This document shows positions 10,020-19,838 of a DNA stretch of 64,000 bases, in pieces. Below the pieces are notes generated by a model. It saw only the letters and a list, made by a program, of their open reading frames with translations. It did no database searches and had not been told where the DNA came from. The translations under genes were made by a program, and so were the position numbers. How positions within the stretch are numbered: the stretch's first letter is position 1; each line of letters starts with the position of its first letter. Source of the DNA: a bacterium (GTDB lineage Bacteria > Patescibacteriota > Minisyncoccia > UBA6257 > 02-FULL-45-10c); contig JAJYMK010000003.1 of NCBI GenBank assembly GCA_021786945.1, positions 240,361 through 304,360 on the forward strand, read 5' to 3'.

Positions 10020-11282
10020 TTAATTAATTCTTTTTATATCGGCACCGATTTTTGCCAGTCTTTCGTCTATTTTTTCATAGCCTCTATCGATCTGCTCAAT
10101 GTTTCCCAAAACACTCTTACCCTTTGCCAGTAATGCCGCTATCACTAAAGTGGCTCCGGCTCTCAAATCAAGACTTTCAATCTCCGCACCTTCTAAAACA
10201 GTTGGTCCGTTTATGATTGCTCTATGAGGATCAAGAATTACCGCATCTGCACCCATTTTTTTTAATTCATTTATATATTTTAATCTGCCTTCGTACATTA
10301 TGTCAAAAATCAAAGAACTGCCCTTTGCCTGAGTAGCCAAAACCCCAAAAGGAGCCTGTAAATCAGTCGGAAAGCCAGGATAAGGTAGGGTCTGAATCTT
10401 AGCAGATTTTAAAATTGAGGCCTTGCCGTTTACTTTTAATGAGTCATTTTTTATAGAAAAAGCCACACCGAAATCTTTAAGTTTCATAAGCGGCGCATCC
10501 AAAAAATTTGGATCGCAGCCTTTTATAATAAGATCGCTTTTCGTAGCGGCGGCCAAAACCGCAAACGTTCCGGCTTCAATAGGATCATTTATTATTTTAT
10601 GCGAAACTTTCTTTGATTCAACAGAATTTCTTTTTTTGATAGTCAAAAAATTTGTTCCTATTCCGCCAATTCCAATATCTAATTTTTCCAGAAACTTACA
10701 AAGATCTACAACGTGAGGTTCACTAGCGGCTAATCTTATTTCAAGGTTATTATCGGCTGCAAACATCAATAAGTTTTCGGTTGCGGTCACGCTTATTTCA
10801 CGTAAAATAATCATTTCTTCTTTAACTTTCTCCAAACTTAAATCATATAAACCGTTTTTTTCATCAAATTCTATTATCACTCCTAATTCTTTAAAGGCCT
10901 CTAAATGAGTATCGAGCGGCCTTGCGCCAATATGACAACCGCCCGGTGTAGAAAGTTTGAATTTTTTAAACCTAGCCAAAATAGGCCCAACCAAAAGAAC
11001 CGAGGATCTTATTTTTTTTACCAAAACTTGATCAATTTTTTCCGGGAAAAATTCAGAATTATCTATCTCAATCGAATCCTCGCTTAACCACTTCTGTCTC
11101 GAACCACAGCTTTTTAATATTTCGAGCATTGTCAAAACATCTCCAATTTTAGGTATATTTTCCAAAACTACTTTCCCTTTATTCAAAATAGTAGCCGCTA
11201 TAATGGGTGTTGCCGAATTTTTAAATCCTTTTACCGCGACTTCACCCTCCAAATGCTTGCCTCCATTGATAATAAACTTCAT
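10020..11282 (-). CDS. murA: UDP-N-acetylglucosamine 1-carboxyvinyltransferase
   Basis: KNS, PGGCHIGARP (catalytic Cys), PYPGFPTDLQ, DLRAGA, IDRGYE. Confidence 0.97.
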   Translation of the reverse strand: MKFIINGGKHLEGEVAVKGFKNSATPIIAATILNKGKVVLENIPKIGDVLTMLEILKSCGSRQKWLSEDSIEIDNSEFFPEKIDQVLVKKIRSSVLLVGPILARFKKFKLSTPGGCHIGARPLDTHLEAFKELGVIIEFDEKNGLYDLSLEKVKEEMIILREISVTATENLLMFAADNNLEIRLAASEPHVVDLCKFLEKLDIGIGGIGTNFLTIKKRNSVESKKVSHKIINDPIEAGTFAVLAAATKSDLIIKGCDPNFLDAPLMKLKDFGVAFSIKNDSLKVNGKASILKSAKIQTLPYPGFPTDLQAPFGVLATQAKGSSLIFDIMYEGRLKYINELKKMGADAVILDPHRAIINGPTVLEGAEIESLDLRAGATLVIAALLAKGKSVLGNIEQIDRGYEKIDERLAKIGADIKRIN

Positions 11283-11325
11283 AATATATATTAACGTTTA
11301 CAGTATATATAATAACTCAATTCTA

Positions 11326-12663
11326 ATGAATCTAAAAATAAGACGCACGATTTTTTATGCATTAATAGTAATTTTCTTTGTTTTTGCATTTTTTATTATT
11401 CCCTATTCCAATGGCTGGCGTTTCGATTTTACCACTTTCAGTTTCGTAAAATTGGGTGGTCTTTATATAGAAACCGACCCCGCAGAAACGCAAATTCAAA
11501 TAGACAAGCTTAATTTTCAGATAAAATCAGGCTTTATTAAAAGCGGTTTACTGGTGGCTAATCTGTTTCCAAAAACATACCACGTTTCCGCAAGTAAAGA
11601 CGGCTATCAATCATGGAACAAGAATGTTACGGTAAAACCCTCTCTCGTAACACAAATTCACCAAGTCATTCTTCTTCCCCAGGAATGGAGCAAGGAGCTT
11701 TTGGAAGAAAACGTAAAAAATTTTTATCCGGGATCCAACTATCTTGCTTGGCAAGATAATGTTGGTAAATTAAAAATAGAAAATAAAACAATAAAAGGTA
11801 CGGATTTTGTGGCCTGGATGTCCGGCGAAAAATCAGCCTTAATTTATGATAAAGCCACAAAATCATACTTTGTTATAAATCCGACTCAAAATAATACAGC
11901 GTCTAATATAAATTTAATTTTTAATAATGCAAAAGAACAAAAAGAAATAAACGATTCGGGTACGATAAAACAAATTCTTCCTCATCCGTCAGATAAAAAT
12001 AAATTAATTTTTACGACAAATGAGTTTGTTTATCTTTTAGACTTTAATAAACCATCATTGGATATTATTAAATCTGGACAATTTAATTTATTGAAAGCAT
12101 TTAAAAATGAAATTTTTATTTCAAATTCTTCGAACCTTTATTCATATAATTTAGATTCTAAAGAATTAACTACAATATATAAATCTCCAGAAGTATCTTC
12201 GGTGGAAATTTCCGATGATAATCATTATATAGCGATTAATGCATCAAAAAAACTTATTTTACTGGACAGGAGCCAAAAAGAAAATAATGTCCTGGAATTA
12301 TCCGAAAACCCAATCAATTTCGTTTTTTCTCCGGATAGTAAAAAGATAGTCGCTATAAATACGGCTGGAGACATTAAAATATTTTTTATAGGAGACGACT
12401 ATGAACTATACAATAAAAAACCATATTCTTATTCCTTATTCAAAATCAAAAATATAGATTTGACCTATAAACCTATTTGGCACCAAAACTCTTCTTATAT
12501 CTTTTTAAAAACCCAAGATGATTTTAGGCTGCTAGAAATAGATGATTCTGCACCGATAAACTTTAATGCGATCAATGTTTCTGCTGAAAAATATTATTAT
12601 AATCAAAAAATAAATCAAATTTATATAATTCAGAATCAAAAATTATATAAACTAACAAAGTAA
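11326..12663 (+). CDS. Membrane-anchored PEGA-domain protein with probable beta-propeller
   Basis: TM helix, GWRFD, GGLYIETDP...YHVSASKDGYQSWNK (PEGA-like), FSPDSKK repeat; start reset to ATG 11326. Confidence 0.65.
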   Translation: MNLKIRRTIFYALIVIFFVFAFFIIPYSNGWRFDFTTFSFVKLGGLYIETDPAETQIQIDKLNFQIKSGFIKSGLLVANLFPKTYHVSASKDGYQSWNKNVTVKPSLVTQIHQVILLPQEWSKELLEENVKNFYPGSNYLAWQDNVGKLKIENKTIKGTDFVAWMSGEKSALIYDKATKSYFVINPTQNNTASNINLIFNNAKEQKEINDSGTIKQILPHPSDKNKLIFTTNEFVYLLDFNKPSLDIIKSGQFNLLKAFKNEIFISNSSNLYSYNLDSKELTTIYKSPEVSSVEISDDNHYIAINASKKLILLDRSQKENNVLELSENPINFVFSPDSKKIVAINTAGDIKIFFIGDDYELYNKKPYSYSLFKIKNIDLTYKPIWHQNSSYIFLKTQDDFRLLEIDDSAPINFNAINVSAEKYYYNQKINQIYIIQNQKLYKLTK

Positions 12664-12670
12664 ACAAAAC

Positions 12671-12702
12671 AAAAAAATACCTCCAAATTGGAGGTATTTT
12701 TT
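12671..12702. terminator. Bidirectional intrinsic terminator
   Basis: Perfect inverted repeat AAAAAATACCTCCA/TGGAGGTATTTTTT between convergent genes. Confidence 0.88.
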
Positions 12703-12711
12703 AAATTATCT

Positions 12712-13194
12712 TTAACGTTTAGCCCATTGTGGAGCCCTTCTGGCTTTCTTAAGTCCATATTTCTTTCTCTCAACCATTCTTGGATCTCTTTTAAGAAAAC
12801 CAAATTTCTTAAGTCTCTTTCTAAATTCTGAATCCATTTTTACCAAGGCTCTAGAAATACCGTGTCTTACAGCCTCAGCCTGAGAAGCAATTCCTCCTCC
12901 AGTTACAATAACAGTAAAACCATTCTTTTTAAGTTCCAACACAGTTGTAGGAGCATTAACAAGTTCTTGAAGTTTTGGCATCTTAAAATACTCCTTATAA
13001 TCCTTTCCGTTTATTTTAATGCCGGAATCATTAGGATGAAGTCTTACTCTGGCTATAGAAGTTTTTCTCCTTCCAACCGCCTCAATGTATTTACCTTTGA
13101 CAGCCTTCTCTTCTTTTTTGGCAGCCTTCGGTACAGATACTTTCTTTACGGTTTCTTTTTTGGTTGTTTCTTTTTTAACTGTCTTTTTTATCAT
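12712..13194 (-). CDS. rpsI: 30S ribosomal protein S9
   Basis: GRRKTS, GGGIASQAEA, ERKKYGLKKARRAPQWAKR. Confidence 0.97.
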   Translation of the reverse strand: MIKKTVKKETTKKETVKKVSVPKAAKKEEKAVKGKYIEAVGRRKTSIARVRLHPNDSGIKINGKDYKEYFKMPKLQELVNAPTTVLELKKNGFTVIVTGGGIASQAEAVRHGISRALVKMDSEFRKRLKKFGFLKRDPRMVERKKYGLKKARRAPQWAKR

Positions 13195-13198
13195 ATAT

Positions 13199-13537
13199 TT
13201 ATTCGATAACTAAAAGTTTTAATCTCTTTGGTCTTAAAAAGTTCTTCGGAAGCATTCTTTCTACGGCTTTCCTCAAAACCTTAGCAGGAGATTCCGCATA
13301 AACTTCTCCCAATTTCTTCTTTTTCAAATGCCCCATGTATCCGGTATGACGATAGTAAACTTTTTGCGTCATTTTCTTTTGGGTAATATCCATTTTATCT
13401 ATATTTTTTACCCTGACTACATTGCCACCGGCCAATCTCGGTTCATAAAAAGCACTTTTCTTATTTTGTAAAATAAGAGATATGTCGGAAGCCAATCTGC
13501 CTAATTTTTTATTTTTTGCGTCAATAATATGTTCCAT
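13199..13537 (-). CDS. rplM: 50S ribosomal protein L13 (short)
   Basis: IDA...LGRLAS, YYRHTGYMG, MLPKN. Confidence 0.95.
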   Translation of the reverse strand: MEHIIDAKNKKLGRLASDISLILQNKKSAFYEPRLAGGNVVRVKNIDKMDITQKKMTQKVYYRHTGYMGHLKKKKLGEVYAESPAKVLRKAVERMLPKNFLRPKRLKLLVIE

Positions 13538-13539
13538 AA

Positions 13540-13872
13540 TTAAACAAATTCAATTAATGCTTTCGGAGCAGCGTCACGCTTTCTCTGTCCGCCAATTTTT
13601 AAAATTCTAAGATAACCGGAATTTCTGGATTTATATTTAGGGGCAATCTCATAATAAAGCTTATTAGCAGAATCCTTCGTAAATCTAGATAATAGCAATC
13701 TGAGGCTGGCCAAATTATTTTTCTTGGCCAAAGTAATACCCTTCTCAACTATAGGCCTGATTGATTTAGCCTTAGCTTCGGTTGTTTCTATCTTCTCCTT
13801 CATTATTAAATTGTGCGCCAAAGTCTTTAAAAAAAGTTTTCTTGGGCCCTTTTTCTTGTGAAACTTTCTCAT
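13540..13872 (-). CDS. rplQ: 50S ribosomal protein L17
   Basis: IETTEAKAK, GYLRILK, RDAA. Confidence 0.95.
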   Translation of the reverse strand: MRKFHKKKGPRKLFLKTLAHNLIMKEKIETTEAKAKSIRPIVEKGITLAKKNNLASLRLLLSRFTKDSANKLYYEIAPKYKSRNSGYLRILKIGGQRKRDAAPKALIEFV

Positions 13873-13874
13873 AA

Positions 13875-14639
13875 TTATTTTGATTTCTTTTTAGAGGTTT
13901 TCTTTTCTTTTTTTTCTTTCTCCGGTTCGGCGGAAGTAATAGCCAAAACTTCGATTTTAGAAATTTTATCAAAATGATCCTTCAAAATATTACTGGCTTT
14001 ATGAACGGCGGACGAAGGCGTAATGCTACCATCGGTCACAACTTCCAATTTGAGCCTATTGTAATCCGTCCTGTCACCTACGCGCATATTTTCTACGGTA
14101 AAATTAACTTTAACTACCGGAGAAAAAAGAGAATCTAAAGCAATTGTGCCGATAGGTAATTTTTCAAACTTTCTGGCTTCAACTGGTACATATCCAAGTC
14201 CTTTTTCAACTTTCAATTCTATATCCAATTCAGCGGATTTTGCGGATAAAGTAGCGATATGAATATCTGGAGTAATAATTTCGATTTGGGATCCGGCTTC
14301 AATGTCGCTAGCAAGTACCTCTTTTTCTCCTTTAACTTTTAAAGTTAAGGTTTGAGCTTCGTCGGTAAGAAGTCTGAATCTCACTTTCTTAAGATTGAGA
14401 CAAATTTCAACAACGTCTTCTAAAATGTTAGGCAAGGTAGAAAATTCATGGTCAGCTCCCTTTATCTTAACTTGAGTTATAGCGGCGCCCGGTAAAGAAG
14501 AAAAAAGAGTTCTTCTTAAAGCATTTCCCAGGGTTAAGCCGTAACCATTATATAATCCTTCAATTTCAAAAACTCCATTAGTGATGGTTTCGGAAACTTT
14601 TTTAATACTTACGGACTCGCTTAAATATGTAAATTCCAT
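13875..14639 (-). CDS. rpoA: RNA polymerase alpha subunit, N-terminal domain only
   Basis: GYGLTLGNALRR, HEFSTL, RVGDRTDYNRL; ends in a Lys/Glu tail with no alpha-CTD. Confidence 0.95.
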   Translation of the reverse strand: MEFTYLSESVSIKKVSETITNGVFEIEGLYNGYGLTLGNALRRTLFSSLPGAAITQVKIKGADHEFSTLPNILEDVVEICLNLKKVRFRLLTDEAQTLTLKVKGEKEVLASDIEAGSQIEIITPDIHIATLSAKSAELDIELKVEKGLGYVPVEARKFEKLPIGTIALDSLFSPVVKVNFTVENMRVGDRTDYNRLKLEVVTDGSITPSSAVHKASNILKDHFDKISKIEVLAITSAEPEKEKKEKKTSKKKSK

Positions 14640-14649
14640 ATTTGTTTAA

Positions 14650-15267
14650 TTATTGTTTTGAGTAAAAATCGACGACCATGTTGATATCAAAAGGAAATTC
14701 AGAATCTGAAGGAATGGAAACCATCTTACCCTCTAATTTTTCCGGATCTAAATTAAGCCAAACTGGGGCATTATATTTTTGTAAATTTGCCACTAAATCT
14801 TTAAACACCGGATGATCCTTGGATTGCGGCCTGATAGAAAACTTATCGCCTACCTTAGCCAAAAAAGAAGGAATAGTAACTTTTTTGCCGTTAACCAAAA
14901 TATGTCCGTGACCAATAAGCTGTCTGGCAACCGAACGGGAAGGAGCAAAGCCAAGTCTGAAAATTACATTGTCTAGTCTTGTTTCTAAAAGCTGAACAAC
15001 GGCATTGCCTGTAACCTCAGCTTTCTTTGAAGCTGTTTGAAAAACTTTTTTGATTTGAGCCTCTCTTAAACCGTAAGAAAACCTAATTTTCTGCTTTTCA
15101 TTCAATTGTTGCCCATATTCAGATTTAGCGCCTCTCCTACCGGCACCATGAACGCCCGGCTTAGCCTGCCTTCTAACGGTAGCACATTTAGCAGAATTAC
15201 AACGATGGGCTTTTAAGAAAAGTTTTGTACCTAATGATCTTTCTTTTTTTTCTCTAGTGTCAAACAT
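14650..15267 (-). CDS. rpsD: 30S ribosomal protein S4
   Basis: SEYGQQLNEKQK, LETRLDNVIFRLGFA, ARQLIGHGH. Confidence 0.97.
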   Translation of the reverse strand: MFDTREKKERSLGTKLFLKAHRCNSAKCATVRRQAKPGVHGAGRRGAKSEYGQQLNEKQKIRFSYGLREAQIKKVFQTASKKAEVTGNAVVQLLETRLDNVIFRLGFAPSRSVARQLIGHGHILVNGKKVTIPSFLAKVGDKFSIRPQSKDHPVFKDLVANLQKYNAPVWLNLDPEKLEGKMVSIPSDSEFPFDINMVVDFYSKQ

Positions 15268-15277
15268 ATTTTATAAA

Positions 15278-15733
15278 TTAAATTCTTCTTGTTTTTACTG
15301 GCCTTGGACCGTTATGAGGAATAGGTGTAACATCTCTGACAGATAAAATATTGAATCCTTGGTTAGCAAATGATCTGACAGAAGAATCTCTTCCCCCGCC
15401 GATACCATTAACCATAACATGTAAATTAACCGGACCTGTCTTCTTTAACTTTTCTGCTAAAGCAGCAACAACTTTGGAAGCCGCAAACGGAGTAGCTTTT
15501 TTAGGTCCTGAAAAACCCAAAGCTCCGGCCGAAGACCAAGCAAGTAAATTACCCTTATCATCGGTAACAGAAATCAAGGTATTGTTGTAAGTAGCTTTAA
15601 TATAAGCATTGCCGGTATCTATCTTCTTTGAAGAAGATTTTGCTCCAGCCTTAACAATGGCGTTTTCCACTTTGTCTTTTTCAACTAAAGCCGCTTCTTT
15701 ATTTTCGTTTTTTGCTACCTTCTTTTTTCCCAT
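15278..15733 (-). CDS. rpsK: 30S ribosomal protein S11
   Basis: YNNT, KKATPFAA, DVTPIPHNG. Confidence 0.97.
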   Translation of the reverse strand: MGKKKVAKNENKEAALVEKDKVENAIVKAGAKSSSKKIDTGNAYIKATYNNTLISVTDDKGNLLAWSSAGALGFSGPKKATPFAASKVVAALAEKLKKTGPVNLHVMVNGIGGGRDSSVRSFANQGFNILSVRDVTPIPHNGPRPVKTRRI

Positions 15734-15751
15734 AATTAATAATTTTTGTGT

Positions 15752-16135
15752 TTACTTAAGTTCAATCTTTCTCTTACCGCTGCCGGCTGTCTTTCTGACG
15801 TTACCACGCACGGTTCGTGAATTGGTTTTTGTTCTCTGTCCCCTTACCGGCAATCTGCGCATATGTCTTGCGCCTCTATAGGTTTGCAAATCTTTCAACA
15901 TGCCAATATTTTGCTTAATGATCTGCTTCAATTCACCTTCAACCTTATAATTCTTTTCAATATACTCTTTTATTTTGTTTAATTCGTCAGCGGTTAGGTC
16001 TTTAGCGCGCTTATCCATATCGATTTTTGTATTTTTCAAAATATCACGCGACAAAGTACGCCCAACGCCATAAAGATAAGTTAAGGAAATCTCAACTCTT
16101 TTGTTATCCGGAATATTTATGCCTAATAATCTCAT
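15752..16135 (-). CDS. rpsM: 30S ribosomal protein S13
   Basis: LTYLYGVG, LPVRGQRTKTNSRT. Confidence 0.97.
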   Translation of the reverse strand: MRLLGINIPDNKRVEISLTYLYGVGRTLSRDILKNTKIDMDKRAKDLTADELNKIKEYIEKNYKVEGELKQIIKQNIGMLKDLQTYRGARHMRRLPVRGQRTKTNSRTVRGNVRKTAGSGKRKIELK

Positions 16136-16147
16136 AATAATATAAAA

Positions 16148-16261
16148 TTAACCTTGTCTTTGTTTATGTTTTGTTATTTTGCAAATAATGCAAACTCGGC
16201 CCTTTCTTCTGACGACCTTACAATTATTACAAACTTTTTTTACAGATGCTCTAACCTTCAT
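16148..16261 (-). CDS. rpmJ: 50S ribosomal protein L36
   Basis: Hand-translated [37 protein letters not shown] (not in the ORF track). Confidence 0.97.
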   Translation of the reverse strand: MKVRASVKKVCNNCKVVRRKGRVCIICKITKHKQRQG

Positions 16262-16271
16262 ATAATAAAAA

Positions 16272-16484
16272 TTATAGTCTTCTTGTAATTCTTCCACGAG
16301 TTTCATCGTAAGAACTAACTTCAAGTAAAACTTTATCGCCTGGTAATATTTTAATATAATTCATGCGCATTTTACCAGAAAGATGCGCGAGAATTTTTTT
16401 ATCTCCGCTTTTAACCCTAAAATTAGTCCCGGGAAGGGCCTCTTCAACTATGCCTTCCAGTTTCTTTACTGAATCTTCGCTCAT
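16272..16484 (-). CDS. infA: Translation initiation factor IF-1
   Basis: [30 protein letters not shown]; start reset to ATG 16484. Confidence 0.96.
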   Translation of the reverse strand: MSEDSVKKLEGIVEEALPGTNFRVKSGDKKILAHLSGKMRMNYIKILPGDKVLLEVSSYDETRGRITRRL

Positions 16485-16524
16485 AATAAAAACGGTATGT
16501 AAAAATATAGCACATGGCCATATT

Positions 16525-18162
16525 TTAGTCAACCGTAATATTTATCTTATTTAATTTGTTCGGAACCTTTTTTACCCAAAATGGCCAAAGAGAAATATTT
16601 GCAGTATCTAAACCAGGCAAAGCGAATATAATTTTCTTCAATTCAACATCTGTTTTACCCATAATTTCAGATTTCAATTTATCGACGTCTATTTTATAGC
16701 TTAAAACCGCCTTGTAGTTAACCGGAAAACTAAGCCTTCCATTAGCTGAATCCATTCTTGCAATTCCGTAGTCCAATGTATAACTTTTTACACCATAAAT
16801 ATCATTATTTTCAGATTCCGCTTTTTGTTTTAATAAATCAATCAGATCGGCTTCTTTAAAGGCTATTATAGTAAGTTGTGCGTCGGCGAAAATAGAAAAA
16901 TTACCGTCTTTATCAACATCGGTATTGTTCGTCTGCTTAGTTATTGAAAAAGATGAAGCGCCGTCTAAAATTTTAAAGTCACTAGAAATCTGAGCATAAA
17001 TAGTTGTTTTTAAATTATTTTCTAATGTATCTTTTATTTTTTTGGTCGCATCGGAAATATCAGAAGCCGTAGGATACGCAACCTCTCCGACAAAACCTCC
17101 GGACATACTATTTTTGGATTCCCCATAAAAAGCCTGATATTTAGGTGTACCTTTAAAACCAGGAATAGAAAAAAGTTTAACCGGGCCCAAATTATAATCT
17201 TCGCCTGCTTTTTCAGCTACGACGCTAGCATCAATACTAGAAGGTAATATTTTTCCTTCAGATATCTTAGCTCCGGGAACTACAATTTTTTTTGTCAGCA
17301 AAAATATTTTTCCGTCAGGAGAAAGAAACCTGGTATTCTGAACCAAGGTCTGGGCATCAGAACTATAACTATTGTAAATGGTAATTGTTCCTGTAGCTTT
17401 ATTTGAAACTTGTTTTTTACCCGTTGCCGGAAAAAACATAGTTGTATTTTTTGTAGAAGTGAATTTCTGGTTGGGAATAGTTAACGTCTTTGGATCAATT
17501 TTCGCGGAAACCTGTGTAATAATAGAATCGTTGTAAGCCCAGTCTATTTTTTTAGTAACAATTTTTAAATCGGCTTTAGGTAAAAAAACTATCGCTCCAT
17601 AAACAATAAAAACTAAAACCAAAAAACCTAAAATAAATTTAAAGTTTATTTTATTTAGGAAAGATTCCTTTTCTTCATTTTCTTCCCAAGCCCCTTCAAT
17701 TTTATTTAATTCCGGTTCCGGCTCCATTTTAACCACCCTTGTTTTTTCTTCCCCATAAAAATTTTTCTTGGTTAAATCCCCTGCCTCAAGATTATTGGAA
17801 AGCCTTTCAATAAACTCCTCTTCTTTTCTCCATGCAGCTGTAGCTCGTGTTTTTTTGGGTGAAGCTTTTTCTTTTTTGGGAATGATATCAGAAAATTGCC
17901 TTTTATTTTTTATAAAAAAAGGATTAACCGCTTCTATGCCGGCGAGCTCAGCTAATTCTATAACCCTATTGTCTACTGATTCGATAAGAATTTTTTTATC
18001 TATCGCATCGGCCTCTCTTTTCAATAAATGAAAATTACCCAAAGACTCTGAGAGTTGGGAAAATCTCGGAATAATTAAAACAATTTCTCCTGCATCAGCT
18101 TCTATAATTTTTTCAACAATAAGAGCAGCTTCATCGCTCTTGTTTATGTTTATTTTTTTCAT
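16525..18162 (-). CDS. Single-pass membrane protein with baseplate J-like external domain
   Basis: Cytoplasmic N-domain, TM helix, ATGKK...ATGTITIYN...TRF...[11 protein letters not shown] pattern recalled from baseplate-J-like CPR proteins. Confidence 0.55.
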   Translation of the reverse strand: MKKININKSDEAALIVEKIIEADAGEIVLIIPRFSQLSESLGNFHLLKREADAIDKKILIESVDNRVIELAELAGIEAVNPFFIKNKRQFSDIIPKKEKASPKKTRATAAWRKEEEFIERLSNNLEAGDLTKKNFYGEEKTRVVKMEPEPELNKIEGAWEENEEKESFLNKINFKFILGFLVLVFIVYGAIVFLPKADLKIVTKKIDWAYNDSIITQVSAKIDPKTLTIPNQKFTSTKNTTMFFPATGKKQVSNKATGTITIYNSYSSDAQTLVQNTRFLSPDGKIFLLTKKIVVPGAKISEGKILPSSIDASVVAEKAGEDYNLGPVKLFSIPGFKGTPKYQAFYGESKNSMSGGFVGEVAYPTASDISDATKKIKDTLENNLKTTIYAQISSDFKILDGASSFSITKQTNNTDVDKDGNFSIFADAQLTIIAFKEADLIDLLKQKAESENNDIYGVKSYTLDYGIARMDSANGRLSFPVNYKAVLSYKIDVDKLKSEIMGKTDVELKKIIFALPGLDTANISLWPFWVKKVPNKLNKINITVD

Positions 18163-18166
18163 TAAT

Positions 18167-19375
18167 TTAAGACAGTAACCATCTTACCCTTCTATTTGCC
18201 AGATAACTTATTTTTTCATTTTTCGGCATTGACGAAAGCTCCAACAAAACAGAAGAAAGAGTCATCAAATTTTTTATTTTTTTCACTGACTTACTAAATT
18301 GTACCGTAAATCCAAAGTTTTTCATAATTAAATCGGTGGATAATAATTGCACTTTAAAATTTTTATTGAATTTTGACTCAAAACGGTCCGATATCAAACA
18401 AGCCGGTAAGCTAAAATAGGGATTTATGAATATCTTTCCGCTTTCCGGAGCCAAAGATTCGATCCCATTGGCCAATACCCTGCATTCTTCTATAAAAATA
18501 TTTTCTAATTTTTTAATCATATAAGGAGATGCGTGGTTTTTATTATAAAGATCAATAATATCCCTGGAAACAGTCTCATCCAATTTAAAGCTATTTTGTA
18601 AACTTTGAAGCAAAGAATTTTCACCCCAATCAAAACTGTCTATGTGGTAAAGATGCCCGGTCGAAGCATGAAAAACAGAAGTCTGATTCGGAAATAAATT
18701 CACTAAAAATAAAGACTTTAAATCATTAAAAGAATTAAGTAAAGAATGGGATAAAGTCGTTCCGGCTTCGCTCACAAAAATTATTTTGTTAGCGGGCATT
18801 ACTTCCCTGATACCTTTTATAAAATCCCTTACCCCAAAAGTTTCACTAAGATATATTTCTATAGATTTCGCCTTAAAACCAAGGGGATTTATAATTTTAT
18901 GGCCATCTACTTTTATCCCCCTTATACGAACATCACTCAAAAGCACATCAATTTCTTCTACACCCATTTTTTTCGCTGCCTTAGGACGTTGTTTGTCAAA
19001 AAATCTCCAAATCGATTGGGAAATTAAATTATCCAAATCCGCTTCATCAATAATTTCCTTTGGTTTCGAACGCACCAAAGAAACCGAAGAATAAATAGTG
19101 AGCGCTAATTTAGAATCCAGATTTAAAATAACATTATATTCCGAATGTTTCGGTATCTTTTTTATTATTTTTCTTATTTCTTTCAGTAAGTACAAGGCCT
19201 CTAAACTATTTATATCCCTTATCCAGTTTTTTGATATAAATATTTGTTTGCCTAAAAAATCCGCCTTCAAAAGCGTAATTTGCAGATAATGATTCACGAC
19301 CTCAATTACCAAAAAATTCGGGTTTTTATCCGTAAATCTATCCAATATTCCTTTTAAAAATTTGAGGTCTAACAC
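18167..19375 (-). CDS. Divergent FtsA/PilM-like actin-fold protein
   Basis: IKVDGHKIINPLG, R-x-K-P-K-E-I-I and FDWGENSL segments resemble CPR FtsA-like proteins; canonical DxG phosphate loops not evident; GTG start. Confidence 0.5.
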   Translation of the reverse strand: MLDLKFLKGILDRFTDKNPNFLVIEVVNHYLQITLLKADFLGKQIFISKNWIRDINSLEALYLLKEIRKIIKKIPKHSEYNVILNLDSKLALTIYSSVSLVRSKPKEIIDEADLDNLISQSIWRFFDKQRPKAAKKMGVEEIDVLLSDVRIRGIKVDGHKIINPLGFKAKSIEIYLSETFGVRDFIKGIREVMPANKIIFVSEAGTTLSHSLLNSFNDLKSLFLVNLFPNQTSVFHASTGHLYHIDSFDWGENSLLQSLQNSFKLDETVSRDIIDLYNKNHASPYMIKKLENIFIEECRVLANGIESLAPESGKIFINPYFSLPACLISDRFESKFNKNFKVQLLSTDLIMKNFGFTVQFSKSVKKIKNLMTLSSVLLELSSMPKNEKISYLANRRVRWLLS

Positions 19376-19451
19376 ATTTAATTATAACATCATATGCGAA
19401 AAAACAAGAAATGCCATAAAACAGTGCATAATTACCTAAATTTTTACCAAT

Positions 19452-19483
19452 AAAAAACCCGCAATTTTCATTGCGGGTTTATT
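19452..19483 (-). terminator. Intrinsic terminator
   Basis: AAACCCGCAAT/ATTGCGGGTTT stem with U-tract on the minus strand. Confidence 0.85.
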
Positions 19484-19484
19484 C

Positions 19485-19769
19485 TTATCCTCTTATCAAT
19501 CCTTCCGTTTTAGACTCGAGTTTTTCTTCGGTCTCGTGGCCGCAACTTATACATATTTTGCGGCTATATATGTATTTTGTAACCACGAAGCCACCAGCTG
19601 TATAAAATTGAGACTTATCTTGCCTCCTAGAAACAAAAGCCCTTAATTTTCCGCAATTCGGACACTTTCTGGGAAAACAAAAACATATAATTGCAGAAAC
19701 TGAAATGATAAGGAAGGCTATAAATCCCATAGTCAATAGAATTAACGGCACCCGAATATAATCAGGCAT
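19485..19769 (-). CDS. Hypothetical membrane-anchored zinc-ribbon protein (ORFan unit)
   Basis: TM helix then CPNC...CISC; SD AAAGGGGG. Confidence 0.7.
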   Translation of the reverse strand: MPDYIRVPLILLTMGFIAFLIISVSAIICFCFPRKCPNCGKLRAFVSRRQDKSQFYTAGGFVVTKYIYSRKICISCGHETEEKLESKTEGLIRG

Positions 19770-19773
19770 ACTA

Positions 19774-19833
19774 TCCCCCTTTATAATTTAAAATAAACTG
19801 ATTTAAATATAAGCCAAAGACTGTAAAAGTCAA
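19774..19833 (-). promoter_or_regulatory. Promoter TTGACT-N16-TATATT, boxA-like GTTTATTTTAAA (19787-19798), SD
   Basis: Read on the reverse complement. Confidence 0.55.
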
Positions 19834-19838
19834 TTTGA

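Noticed and set aside
16525-18162. Prophage or contractile injection system
   Set aside because: The baseplate-J-like gene is membrane-anchored and isolated; no sheath, tube, terminase or capsid genes
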